DNA from: Octopus vulgaris
Lineage: Eukaryota
Length of the DNA: 64,000 bases
Reading direction: 5' to 3'
NCBI GenBank assembly: GCA_951406725.2
Contig: OX597827.1
Coordinates: 24,986,001 to 25,050,000, forward strand
In this document: one piece after another, positions 53,878 to 64,000 of the stretch
Layout: every line of letters begins with the position of its first letter
Position numbering within the stretch: position 1 is the stretch's first letter
Translations under genes and position numbers: made by a program
Notes under the pieces: model-generated
Seen by the model: only the letters and a program-made list of their open reading frames with translations
The model's database searches: none
What the model was told of the DNA's origin: nothing

Positions 53878-56800
53878 GCCGACTACGGCTGCTATAATGG
53901 TACGATTATAATTATAACGGCAATGATGGCCGTCTCCCCACGAGCCAATCAAAGCTAAAAAATGATAACATTATCGTAGCACCAAAATGTTTTTGGAAAC
54001 TAAAAGGAAAACTAAATCAGTATACCAAATCGCTTGTCCTATGGTTAATCTGGAAGCGCGTCCCCCAGGGAAGAGCCAGCCTGGGATCGAAAAGTCATCA
54101 ACTGGCACAAACTCTTCTCCGAATACGGACATGGATGGTCACTTGAACGGGAAATCCCCCAACTCGAGCCCTCCAAGTTCACCACCACAACCACCACAGA
54201 AAGAAAAATGTAAGCGGAACAAATGGACCCGAGAAGAGTATAAAGAAGTAATATACGCTTATTACTATGCATTAGGTAGGCCATCTCAAGAGAGACACAC
54301 CGCAAACTCTTACAGTATATGGAGAACACGGAATCAAGACAGTAGGCCCTATTTGGACGAGAACAAATTAGCAAATGTGAGGAGGGATATCTTTAGAAAT
54401 AACAGACTCACAGACAGTGAAATAAGTGCGATCAAGCACGCAACGGAAAATGACATAAATATAAGACACAAAGGAAATGAAGAATCAGATGAACAGTATA
54501 GCCCGCCACGAGGCTTAATTGAAAGACTGCCATCTGACCAAAGTACGCAAAGGCCTGAAGATACAAGAAATTCTATTGTACCTGTTAAAGATAGCCAGGA
54601 AAACGAAAAAACAACAGTAACTGAAGATCTCGCATTTGCTGAAGAACACAGAGAGTCTATGGCAGAAATGAGGCAGAAAATCCTGAATACGCTTGAAGTT
54701 GTAAGACATACAAGTATGAATGATAGAGAACCGCTTCATAAACTCTCAAATACAAACCAAAATAAAAAACAAATCCAAATTGGCAACTATGTAACAAATG
54801 AAATAATACGAGAATTAAAACCTGATTTTACTGAGTTAAATGAAATTATTTACGCTTCTGCTAGGGCAATTGAAACCAGCTGTATTCCCCCGAAAAAACA
54901 AAGAAAACAAAACCTGGGAAGAAATCAAACCTGGAGAAGTAAAATTGAAAAAGAGATTGAATTTATGAGAGGGGAAATATCAATATTAAATGAACTAATA
55001 TGTGGAAATGATGTAAGATCCAGAACAGGAAGAAAGATGAAGAGAAAATTTGGATCCTCACCAAGAGAAGAACTGATATCAATAAAAGAAACGCTGAAAC
55101 AAAAAGTCCAAGCAAAAGCCCAAAGAATACGAAGATTTGAGAAGAGAAACAAGTTTTACAAGCAAAATAAGCTGTTCACATCCAATGCCAAAAAATTCTA
55201 CAGAGAAATAGGGAAGGAGAAAGTAACCGTTAAAGACCCCCCTCCCATGGAAGAAGTTCAAAACTTTTGGGAAAGGATTTGGAGTGACAAGAAGACGTAC
55301 AACATAAATGCAGACTGGATTATACAAACTGAAGGATCCTACCAAAATTTACAACAACAAGCATGGGAAGACATCACAATAGCAGACCTAAGAAAGGCAC
55401 TCACGAAGGCCCATAATTGGAAATCCCCCGGTAAAGATAGGGTGCCGAATTTCTGGCTCGCATCGCTCCCGTGCGCACACGGTAAGCTAGTTCAGCTGCT
55501 CAATGGAATTTTGAGAGACCCAAAGAAAACACCTGAATGGTTAGCAAGTGGCATTACTTACCTACTCCCAAAGAATAACGAAACCAACCTTCCAAAAAAC
55601 TATCGGCCTATAACCTGTCTATCCACCACGTATAAAATCCTAACATCTATCCTGGCGGAGAAAACATATGCATTCATGGAGAAGAACGATATTTTCCCCA
55701 TTGAACAAAAAGGGTGCCGCCGAGGCTCTTACGGATGCAAAGATCAACTGCTAATCAATCGTATGATCCTTGAGAACTGTCACAACAAGCGCAGAAATCT
55801 CAGCACCGCATGGATTGACTATAAAAAGGCCTTCGACAGTATACCGCATCCATGGATCTTGAGATCGCTGGACATCTTTAAAATTTCCCCTGTGATTTCA
55901 AACTTCCTGAAGCACAATATGTCGTTGTGGAATACGAATCTCCAATTATACCACTCTAATGGAGTACTTGCCTCAGAAAATATAAACATCAACTGTGGAA
56001 TTTTTCAAGGTGACTCACTTTCACCTTTAATATTCTGCATAGCCCTAATACCCCTTACAAGTAAATTAAACAGAACAGGGTATGGGTATAAAATTGCCAA
56101 TAAAAAAATAAGCCATCTATTTTATATGGATGACTTAAAACTTTATGGTAAAGACAATAATGAACTTGAAGGCCTATTGCGCACCGTGAAAGCATTCAGC
56201 GATGACATCGGGATGGAGTTTGGACTTGAGAAGTGTGCCAAGGCCACTTTCCAGAAAGGGAAAGTGAAGACCACAAATTCAGTCGTGTTAGATGTTGACA
56301 CAGTCATAAGAGAGCTTGAGCAAGAACAGACATACAAATATTTAGGGATAAATGAAGGCTCTGGTATTCAACATGCAAGCATGAAAGAGAAAATCAGGAA
56401 GGAATGTTATAGGAGAGTTCGTGCAGTCCTGAAATCTGAACTAAATGCACGTAACAAGGTGTTAGCTATAAATTCCTTAGCAGTTCCAGTTGTTACTTAT
56501 AGCTACAATGTGTTGAACTGGAATATGAGTGAAGTAAAGAATATAGATAGAAAAATACGCAAGCTGCTGAGTTGTAATAGGATGCACCACCCAAAGGCAG
56601 ACGTAGATCGCCTTTACCTTCCCAGAGCCCAAGGAGGTCGAGGCCTGATCCAATTTGAACTAGCTTACAAAACAACCACAATTGGACTGGCCAAATATCT
56701 CGAAATATCGAATGACTGGATGCTAAAGCTCGTGGAAAATCACGAGAGACGAAAGAAGCTTCATTCTATCATCAAGGAAAGCAAAAAATTTGCTATTGAT

Positions 56801-57860
56801 CTCGTGCAGGATACCCAAACTGAACAACCCGAGGGAAGTACGGCAACTATTGTTGCAAAGAAGGTGAAAATGATGGCAATGAAAAAAGCGCACGAGCAAT
56901 TGGCTGATAGGTGGGAGGAGAAACCTCTGCACGGCAAATATGTGACCCGCAGCAAACAAGCTGATGTTGACCAGAAGCAAACCCATCAGTGGCTGCGGAG
57001 CTCAGGGCTAAAAGCAGAGAGCGAAGGTTTCATCCTGGCTGCTCAAGACCAAAGCCTATTAACCCGGAACTACCAGGCCAATGTGATGAAAAATGGAGCA
57101 GACCCAAAATGCCGATTCTGCAACGACATGATTGAAACAGTGGACCACCTAATCTCTGGATGTAAAGTTTTAGCACCAGTGGAGTATAAATTAAGACATG
57201 ACAGAGTTGGCCAATATCTCCACTGGCTAATAAGTCGGCATTACAATATCAAAACTGCCGACAAGTGGTATAATCACCACCCTGAGGCTGTAACTGAAGG
57301 AGAAAATGTAACCATTCTGTGGGACTTTCCAGTACATACAGACCGAACCATCAAGGCCAATAAACCAGATATTGTTGTGAAAGACCAAAACAATAAAGTT
57401 TGCTTATTGATCGACATGAGCATCCCCTGTGATCATAATATCTCAGCGAAAGAGTTTGACAAGCTCAGAAAATATAAAGACCTACTCATTGAAATTGAGA
57501 AAATGTGGCATCTCAAGGCGGTTACAATACCAGTGACCGTAGGGGCACTAGGAATGATCAAGAAGGGAACCGAAAATTATATGAGAATGATCCCTGGCTT
57601 ACCATCCCTGCAAGAAGTGCAAAAGATTGTCTTAACTGGTACATCACACGTATTGAGAAGAGCATTGTCGATGTGAGAACTGTTGCTGCTCATGTATTTT
57701 AATTTAACTTTAAAAAAAAAAAAAAAAAAAAATGAACGAACTACTGAGTTTGGTTTAATGGCCTACCAATATACACTATGAGTTTATTTGCCCTAGGAGT
57801 CGGGAAGACACTCGGCAAGAAATGGAAGAAAATTTGAAAGAAGAAAAAAAAAAGTAAAAA
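53878..57860 (+). mobile_element. Apparently full-length R4/Dong-clade non-LTR retrotransposon inserted in a (TAA)-type microsatellite
   Basis: Single long ORF and a ~185-nt 3' UTR running into (TAA)n. The 5' side abuts an (AAT/GAT)-rich tract; the 5' boundary is uncertain. Confidence 0.85.
53987..57676 (+). CDS. Non-LTR retrotransposon polyprotein: reverse transcriptase plus restriction-like endonuclease (1229 aa)
   Basis: NYRPITCL, WIDYKKAFDS, GIFQGDSLSPL, LFYMDDLK, YKYLG; CCHC motif CRFC..ETVDHLISGC; RHD; RLE motif KPDIV..LIDMSIP..K..KY. No APE domain. Confidence 0.97.
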   Translation: MFLETKRKTKSVYQIACPMVNLEARPPGKSQPGIEKSSTGTNSSPNTDMDGHLNGKSPNSSPPSSPPQPPQKEKCKRNKWTREEYKEVIYAYYYALGRPSQERHTANSYSIWRTRNQDSRPYLDENKLANVRRDIFRNNRLTDSEISAIKHATENDINIRHKGNEESDEQYSPPRGLIERLPSDQSTQRPEDTRNSIVPVKDSQENEKTTVTEDLAFAEEHRESMAEMRQKILNTLEVVRHTSMNDREPLHKLSNTNQNKKQIQIGNYVTNEIIRELKPDFTELNEIIYASARAIETSCIPPKKQRKQNLGRNQTWRSKIEKEIEFMRGEISILNELICGNDVRSRTGRKMKRKFGSSPREELISIKETLKQKVQAKAQRIRRFEKRNKFYKQNKLFTSNAKKFYREIGKEKVTVKDPPPMEEVQNFWERIWSDKKTYNINADWIIQTEGSYQNLQQQAWEDITIADLRKALTKAHNWKSPGKDRVPNFWLASLPCAHGKLVQLLNGILRDPKKTPEWLASGITYLLPKNNETNLPKNYRPITCLSTTYKILTSILAEKTYAFMEKNDIFPIEQKGCRRGSYGCKDQLLINRMILENCHNKRRNLSTAWIDYKKAFDSIPHPWILRSLDIFKISPVISNFLKHNMSLWNTNLQLYHSNGVLASENININCGIFQGDSLSPLIFCIALIPLTSKLNRTGYGYKIANKKISHLFYMDDLKLYGKDNNELEGLLRTVKAFSDDIGMEFGLEKCAKATFQKGKVKTTNSVVLDVDTVIRELEQEQTYKYLGINEGSGIQHASMKEKIRKECYRRVRAVLKSELNARNKVLAINSLAVPVVTYSYNVLNWNMSEVKNIDRKIRKLLSCNRMHHPKADVDRLYLPRAQGGRGLIQFELAYKTTTIGLAKYLEISNDWMLKLVENHERRKKLHSIIKESKKFAIDLVQDTQTEQPEGSTATIVAKKVKMMAMKKAHEQLADRWEEKPLHGKYVTRSKQADVDQKQTHQWLRSSGLKAESEGFILAAQDQSLLTRNYQANVMKNGADPKCRFCNDMIETVDHLISGCKVLAPVEYKLRHDRVGQYLHWLISRHYNIKTADKWYNHHPEAVTEGENVTILWDFPVHTDRTIKANKPDIVVKDQNNKVCLLIDMSIPCDHNISAKEFDKLRKYKDLLIEIEKMWHLKAVTIPVTVGALGMIKKGTENYMRMIPGLPSLQEVQKIVLTGTSHVLRRALSM

Positions 57861-57900
57861 TAATAATAATAATGATAATAATAATAATAATAATAATAAT

Positions 57901-58505
57901 AAAGAAGAAGGAATATATTCACAGACATGACAGAGTTGGAACCTACATACATTGGAAGCTATGCCAACATTATGGAATAACAACAGAAAAAAGATGGTAT
58001 AGGCACACACCAGAAAAGGTCACAAAAAACGAGAAAGCAACCATACTCTGGGATATGCCGATACACACAGATAGAGAAATTAAGGCCAACAGACCAGATA
58101 TAGTTGTCAGAGATCATGAAGAAAAAAATGCTTTCTAATTGATGTATCAATACCGGCAGATGACAACGTGTCTCTAAAAGAAATGGAGAAACTCTCAAAA
58201 TACAAAGACCTGGAAATAGAGGTAACTAGAATGTGGAATCTGAAAACAGAAACAATTCCTATCATAGTAGGTGCATTAGGCATGATAAAAAAATATTCAG
58301 ACAAATACATTACAAAAACACCAGGACTTACAAACACATATAACATACAGAAAATTGCACTACTAAGCACTGCACACATCCTACGCAGAACACTTTCCAT
58401 ACAATAACCATCAGAGCATCACAACAAATCACAGCACATACCCAAGGCACACAGAGCTGCGCTCGGTAGTGAAGTGAAAGCACGCTATAAAAATAAAACT
58501 ACTGA
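57901..58505 (+). mobile_element. 5'-truncated R4/Dong-type element of a second, diverged family
   Basis: EYIHRHDRVG..WDMPIHTDREIKANRPDIVV and, after a frameshift, KLSKYKDLEIEV..IPIIVGALG. The 3' UTR differs from the first family. (TAA)n lies on both sides. Confidence 0.9.
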
Positions 58506-58511
58506 ATAATG

Positions 58512-58583
<72 letters not shown>

Positions 58584-58756
58584 TCGAAAAATACCTTAGG
58601 AATGTGAACTGAGGTTCTAAATTTCCTCAAGACACCTGATGAAGGCTGGAGGGTATATCAGCCGAAACGTTGTGTTAATAACAAACAAGATGAGGAGAAA
58701 TATCCGTAAAATGTAAATAATGTAAATAATTCCTCATCACTTAAATATAGAACTGA
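58506..58756 (+). mobile_element. (AAT)n plus hammerhead-containing tail
   Basis: Same tail as 62321-62466; inverse of 53038-53229. Confidence 0.8.
58631..58676 (+). ncRNA. Predicted minimal type I hammerhead ribozyme
   Basis: gacac-CTGATGA-a-ggctg-(10 nt)-cagcc-GAAA-cgtt-gtgtt. Stem I gacac/gtgtt, stem II ggctg/cagcc, loopless palindromic stem III (AACGTT), GUU site. Confidence 0.65.
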
Positions 58757-58954
58757 AAAACATAACTGTGAAACAAATATTGAGGGATGCTAAGCCAGAC
58801 GGGGTAAGGTGGCGAACGCTGAGGAACATTCTTTGACAGGAGAAAAGATGGGAGAGGAGACAAACAAGAATACGTCTGGTCTGTGCAACAGACCGGAAGA
58901 ATAGAAAGATCAACACGTGTGGGAAAAAAAGATGGACGATATTCACGTGTGTGT

Positions 58955-59277
58955 GTGGAGGTGCAATAGCCCAGCAATTAGGGCAGCGGAGTCGCAGTTT
59001 TGGTATCGCGGTTTCGAAGCTAGAGCGGGCGTTGTGTGTGTTTATTGAGCGAAAACACCTAAAGCTCCACGAGTCTCCGGCAGGGGGTGGTGGCGAACCC
59101 TGCTATATTCTTTTACAACTTTCTCTCACTCTTTCTTCCTGTTTCTGTTGTACCTGTATTTCAAAGGGCCATCCTTGTCACACTGAATCTTCCCGAGAAC
59201 TACGTTAGGGGTACACGTGTCTGCGGAGTGTTCAGCCACTTGCACGTTAATTTCACAAGCAGGCTGTTCCGTTGATC
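58955..59277 (+). mobile_element. tRNA-derived SINE: fourth-family head with a tail related to the 25405 element
   Basis: Head matches the 45170 and 46787 copies. Tail gaactacgttaggggtacacgtgtctgcggagtgttcagccacttgcacgttaatttcac matches the reverse of 25470-25530. Confidence 0.7.
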
Positions 59278-59297
59278 TGATATATATATATATATAT

Positions 59298-59722
<425 letters not shown>

Positions 59723-60525
59723 TCAAATCAATTTGGTACTTAAGTTGGAGGCACCAGAATTTAGCATGGTTATTATCCATATAATTTAAAATAAGGTGAT
59801 TATAATCAAAATAAGCAACAAGGATATCCAGAGATAGTGCAGTACGATCGTTTTATGCGACTCCATTTAATTGAACAATGCAATCATTGCATCAATTTAA
59901 AATGCAGAGCAATCCTCAGCTGCATAAAAATATAGAATTTAGTTAAATTCGAAGGGCTCATTAGTATATTTATTTTATCCAAAATCACCAAGAGGATAAG
60001 TAGATAGACAAAGAACATGTTTTACCAACAACATCACAGTTGTAACAAAGATTTTTTCAAAAAAGACACTGCGTATCACTGATAATTTTCTGCTATTTAG
60101 ATTTACTAAGGGTAGGGGGTCAGTTTTAATTTATAGGCTAGTTTATCAATATATATAACATAGAAATATCATACGATGTTAGAGACGTAAGTAAAATACG
60201 TGATGGAGAAAGAATGGAAATATGAAACCACGCTGTTATCACGTAAAGTATGTATTCTAAGAAAATAAACACAGATGTGTATGATTTAAGGTTCAGAATT
60301 CTAAGCTTACTCAAAGAGAAGTAAAAGCAATAAGAGAAGTTAGAGAAATAGAAATAGAATCGGCAGCCATTTTGTGAAACCCGTTCCTATAGCAGTCTTA
60401 TCATAAAATGAATAGTATGACATTTGAAGCGAAAGGGGAAGCAGTCTGGATTACTGTGAGAGTAACGAAGGGGTGAGGGAAGAGTGAAGGAGAGAGAAGG
60501 AAAGGGAGATAGAGGGAGAGAGAGT

Positions 60526-60564
<39 letters not shown>

Positions 60565-60665
60565 TGAAGAAGAATGCAGTGGAAGTTGAGAAAGATGGAG
60601 AGGAAAAGAGCAAGAAAGTGAGCGCAGGAACGGAGGTCCTCAAGATATCGACGTGCGTGTGTAGA

Positions 60666-60980
60666 AGGCGTATGGCTCAGTGGTTAGAGCGTCGAGCTTA
60701 CGATCGTGAGGTTGTGAGTTCGAATCCTGGATCGGGCTGCGTGTTGTGTTCGTGAGCAAGACATTTTATTTCACGTTGCTCCTGTTCTCTCAGCTGTAGA
60801 AATGAGTTGCGACGTCACAGGTGCCAAGCTGTATCGGCCCCTTTGCCTTTCCCTTGGATAACACTGGTGGCGTGGAGAGGGTAGGCCGGGTGACTGCTGG
60901 TCTTCCATAAACATCCTTGTGCCTGGGAGGGTAACTTTCTAGGTGCAATCCCACTGTCAGTCATGACCGAAGGGGGTCTC
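60666..60980 (+). mobile_element. tRNA-derived SINE, third-family head and core
   Basis: A box tggctcagtgg, B box gagttcgaatcc, then gagcaagacattttatttcacgttgctcc. Confidence 0.8.
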
Positions 60981-61029
60981 AGCAATACATCTATCTAAGA
61001 AATCATCTCTCTCCCCACCTCTCTCTCTA

Positions 61030-61064
<35 letters not shown>

Positions 61065-61439
61065 CGTGCTGCTACTGTATAAACCTCTCTGAGAGATTTA
61101 GAAATGCAATATTTCTAATTTCGAAATCAGTGAATGTATTTCCCTTGAAATAAATATGTTTTCAATGGCGAATAAGCATCAACAGCTGGCAAGCAATGAT
61201 GATCAGTGACTCTGAAACTAGTCTCTGGATGCTGGCTTTGCTGGGTGGAGGTGCTTATCTCCCCCTTTGAAAACATAAGGACACAGAAAATGTGTTATGG
61301 CCAACTGGAAACGGTGTTACCTAGGGCTAAATAGCAGTAGCATTCTTCCCTTTCATGGGACTGCCACATTAAGTTGACAACATGCCATCACTTTATCGTG
61401 CTGCTACTGCATAAATCTCTCTGAGAGATTTAGAAATGC

Positions 61440-61525
<86 letters not shown>

Positions 61526-61677
61526 GGAACTGCTATTGATGTACTAGCAATATACTTCCGGAGTGGGGCAGTAATTGGGCAAAATTTCGGGTCAAGTAAC
61601 CGAAAACAAGTTAGAATAACCAAAGACCATTTCGTTGGGGTTGACTCTGCCTTTCATCCTTTCGGGGGTCGATAATA

Positions 61678-61909
61678 CCGGGTGTTCAAAATGTCTCTCC
61701 GCAGTGAGTTCTTTTCCACCCTGCACCTCACCATGGCGCTACCTCAAGAGTTTTTCAGTGAATGGATTATTTCGAAGGGACTTTGGCTACCAAGATCACC
61801 TGATTCAACACCGCCAGACTTTTTTTTCTGGGGAGCATGTAAAGGATCAGTGTACAAGAATCGCCCGAAAAACCATCAAATACTGCGGAGAGACTTTTTG
61901 AGCACCCCG
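61678..61909 (+). mobile_element. Internally deleted mariner-like element with TIRs, inserted into a SINE
   Basis: TA-ccgggtgttcaaaatgtctctccgcagt ... actgcggagagactttttgagcaccccg-TA, with internal WLPRSPDSTPPDFFFWG. Confidence 0.88.
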
Positions 61910-61985
61910 TATAAATACCAGTAGAGTCAATGTAATACACTTCCCCTCCCCTCAAAACCGCTGGCCTTGTGTCAAAATTTGAAAC

Positions 61986-62092
61986 CAACGTTTCCGCTGA
62001 TAAACTCTCCAGTCTTCATCAGGTGTGTTGAGGAACTTTCGAACCTGGGTTCTCATTCCTAAGGTATTTTTCGATGTTATTATTATTATTAA

Positions 62093-62168
<76 letters not shown>

Positions 62169-62188
62169 TATCATTATCATTATTATTA

Positions 62189-62264
<76 letters not shown>

Positions 62265-62466
62265 GGTTACTGCCTGGAATCGAACTCGGAATCTTGGGTC
62301 TAGTGATCTGAATAATAATAACATCGAAAAATGCCTTAGGAGTGAGAACCCAGGTTCGAAATTTCCCCTAGACACCTGATGAAGGCTGGAGGGTATATCT
62401 GCCGAAACGTTGTGTTAACAACAAACAAGATGAAGACAAATACTCGTCAAATGTAAATAATGTAAA
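61986..62466. mobile_element. Inverted pair of tRNA-head/(AAT)n/hammerhead-tail elements
   Basis: Tail(-) 61986-62078, (TTA)n, partial head(-) 62265-62299, head end(+) 62300-62311, short (AAT)n, tail(+) 62321-62466 with CTGATGA at 62376 and GAAA at 62404. Confidence 0.78.
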
Positions 62467-63418
62467 CCAATATAACACAATATACTTAATAATTGGTTAG
62501 TAGCGAGGTGTATTTCACCAAAAAATACTATGTATTTGATTGGAAGAAATTTACATAAATCAATGTAAGCGTAAAATTTATAAAGTAAAACCTGAAAAAT
62601 AAGTTTTTTTTTAAAGACAATTACAATTACATAACAATCTAGTATTTATGGAAAGCAGTTTACTTTACAATATAAAATACGCGAAGAGCATTCGCTGCAG
62701 GATTTTGTCACTGAGAAAAAAAAACCTTTTCGTAAACGTGAATAAAAAATCACATCGAGCTTTGCTACTAGTGATATCAGCTGACAATCACATACAGGGC
62801 TCCGATGTAATTTTTGCCTCCTCAGTGACAGATACCGTCTCAAACATTTGGAGCTATGCCAGAACTCCTGTTCTTGGGAGCAGGTAAAAATAAATGTAGA
62901 CATCTTTATATTGATCTTCGTCGCTCCATGTGCCTCGATTAAATTAATTCCAGTATGGCAAGCTTCAACATAACTCAGCTAAAATCAGGCCGAGACTCAG
63001 CGTTTTGTTATCTGCTGACTTACTTTGGAGCTCCTTTCGATGTATTTTCTCTATGTATATGCCGAATATTTTCTCCAAGAAAAATTCTGCAGCGGAAGGC
63101 TTCCACGTTCCGTTGTGCGACAGCGTGTTAAAACCAAGAAAATTCTTTGCGGTGTCAGACGTGCCATGCAGACCATCATGTCACTTGTTTGGCATTGTGT
63201 TTTTATTCTCTTCTATTTTATTTTGATATGCACATTGCGTTTGTAGTCTTCTCTCCTGTTATACACGTGCGCACTGTGTGTTCATGCTTCTTTTTCCGAT
63301 TCCTACTCAAAAGTTGTTTACAAATCACAACCATCTCACGAACGCGAATTCATGAAAAGCGCTTCAGGCTCCGATGGTTTTATAATAAATGTCTGATTCT
63401 TTATACAAGCCGTCACTG

Positions 63419-63502
<84 letters not shown>

Positions 63503-63764
63503 GTATGTGTATTTTTCAATATTTACAAATAACCCAGCATGGCCACAGCATGGCAACAGCATGGCCACAGCTCATGAGCTGAAACTAGAATCAATAAAAA
63601 AACACGGAAAAAATAAATAGTTGCCAGTGTAGCAAAAATTCACACAAGTACCAAGGATGTAACAGTCTGCTTATAAAGGTAGAAACTCCAGGTTTAGGTG
63701 AAATGTTTTGTATATCATAGATAAATATATAAATGGAGTTAAACGCATGTGTTATTTAAATCTT

Positions 63765-64000
63765 TATACTTCCGACATATGTTTCGAAGAAAACATTGGT
63801 ATAAAATGGATAAAATGATGTAAAACAATGCAATCTTATAATCAGGGGAAAAAAGAAAGAAAAACAAAACGCATCGATAAGACATTTTAACCGAATATGA
63901 TTACAGCATATATTACTGAGAAGATTGTATTGTTTTACATAGTTTTATTCCTTCTGGAATAATACCAATGTTTTCTTCGAAACATATGTCAGAAGTATAA
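63765..64000. mobile_element. Older foldback related to the 31923-32335 element (runs off the window end)
   Basis: tatacttccgacatatgtttcgaagaaaacattggtat and its inverse ataccaatgttttcttcgaaacatatgtcagaagtata share the ttcgaaacatatgtc motif. The CTGANGA cores are mutated. Confidence 0.7.

Noticed and set aside
53878-53965. HDV-like ribozyme at the 5' end of the R4/Dong element
   Set aside because: There are partial hints (cgt-ctcccc-acg hairpin, gctaa), but I could not build a full P1, P1.1 and P2. A covariance-model search is needed.

Overview
This is AT-rich, microsatellite- and SINE-dense animal DNA. The repeat families point to an octopod cephalopod, but this is an inference. The only host coding sequence I can support is two paralogous + strand exons about 18 kb apart (23489-24436 and 41532-42707). 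Each encodes the complete S1-S6 core and C-terminus of a divergent Shaw/Kv3-like K+ channel, starts at a phase-0 splice acceptor at the start of S1, and has its own stop. No T1-domain exon is visible before or between them. The 153 intronic nt before the two acceptors are 150/153 identical, while the proteins are only about 60% identical. Main hypothesis: one gene whose T1 exon lies upstream of the window chooses between alternative whole-channel-core terminal exons that differ at gating and pore residues. The second candidate system is a set of Penelope-type hammerhead ribozyme motifs. One family has a tRNA-like head, an (AAT)n linker and a hammerhead tail, and one copy appears to be interrupted by an intact 1229-aa R4/Dong-type retrotransposon. 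A near-perfect foldback with a hammerhead in each arm lies between the two channel exons. The rest is decayed Gypsy, RTE, L1/Tx1, Penelope, Tc1/mariner and Helitron sequence, SINEs and simple repeats. Boundaries of decayed elements are approximate.
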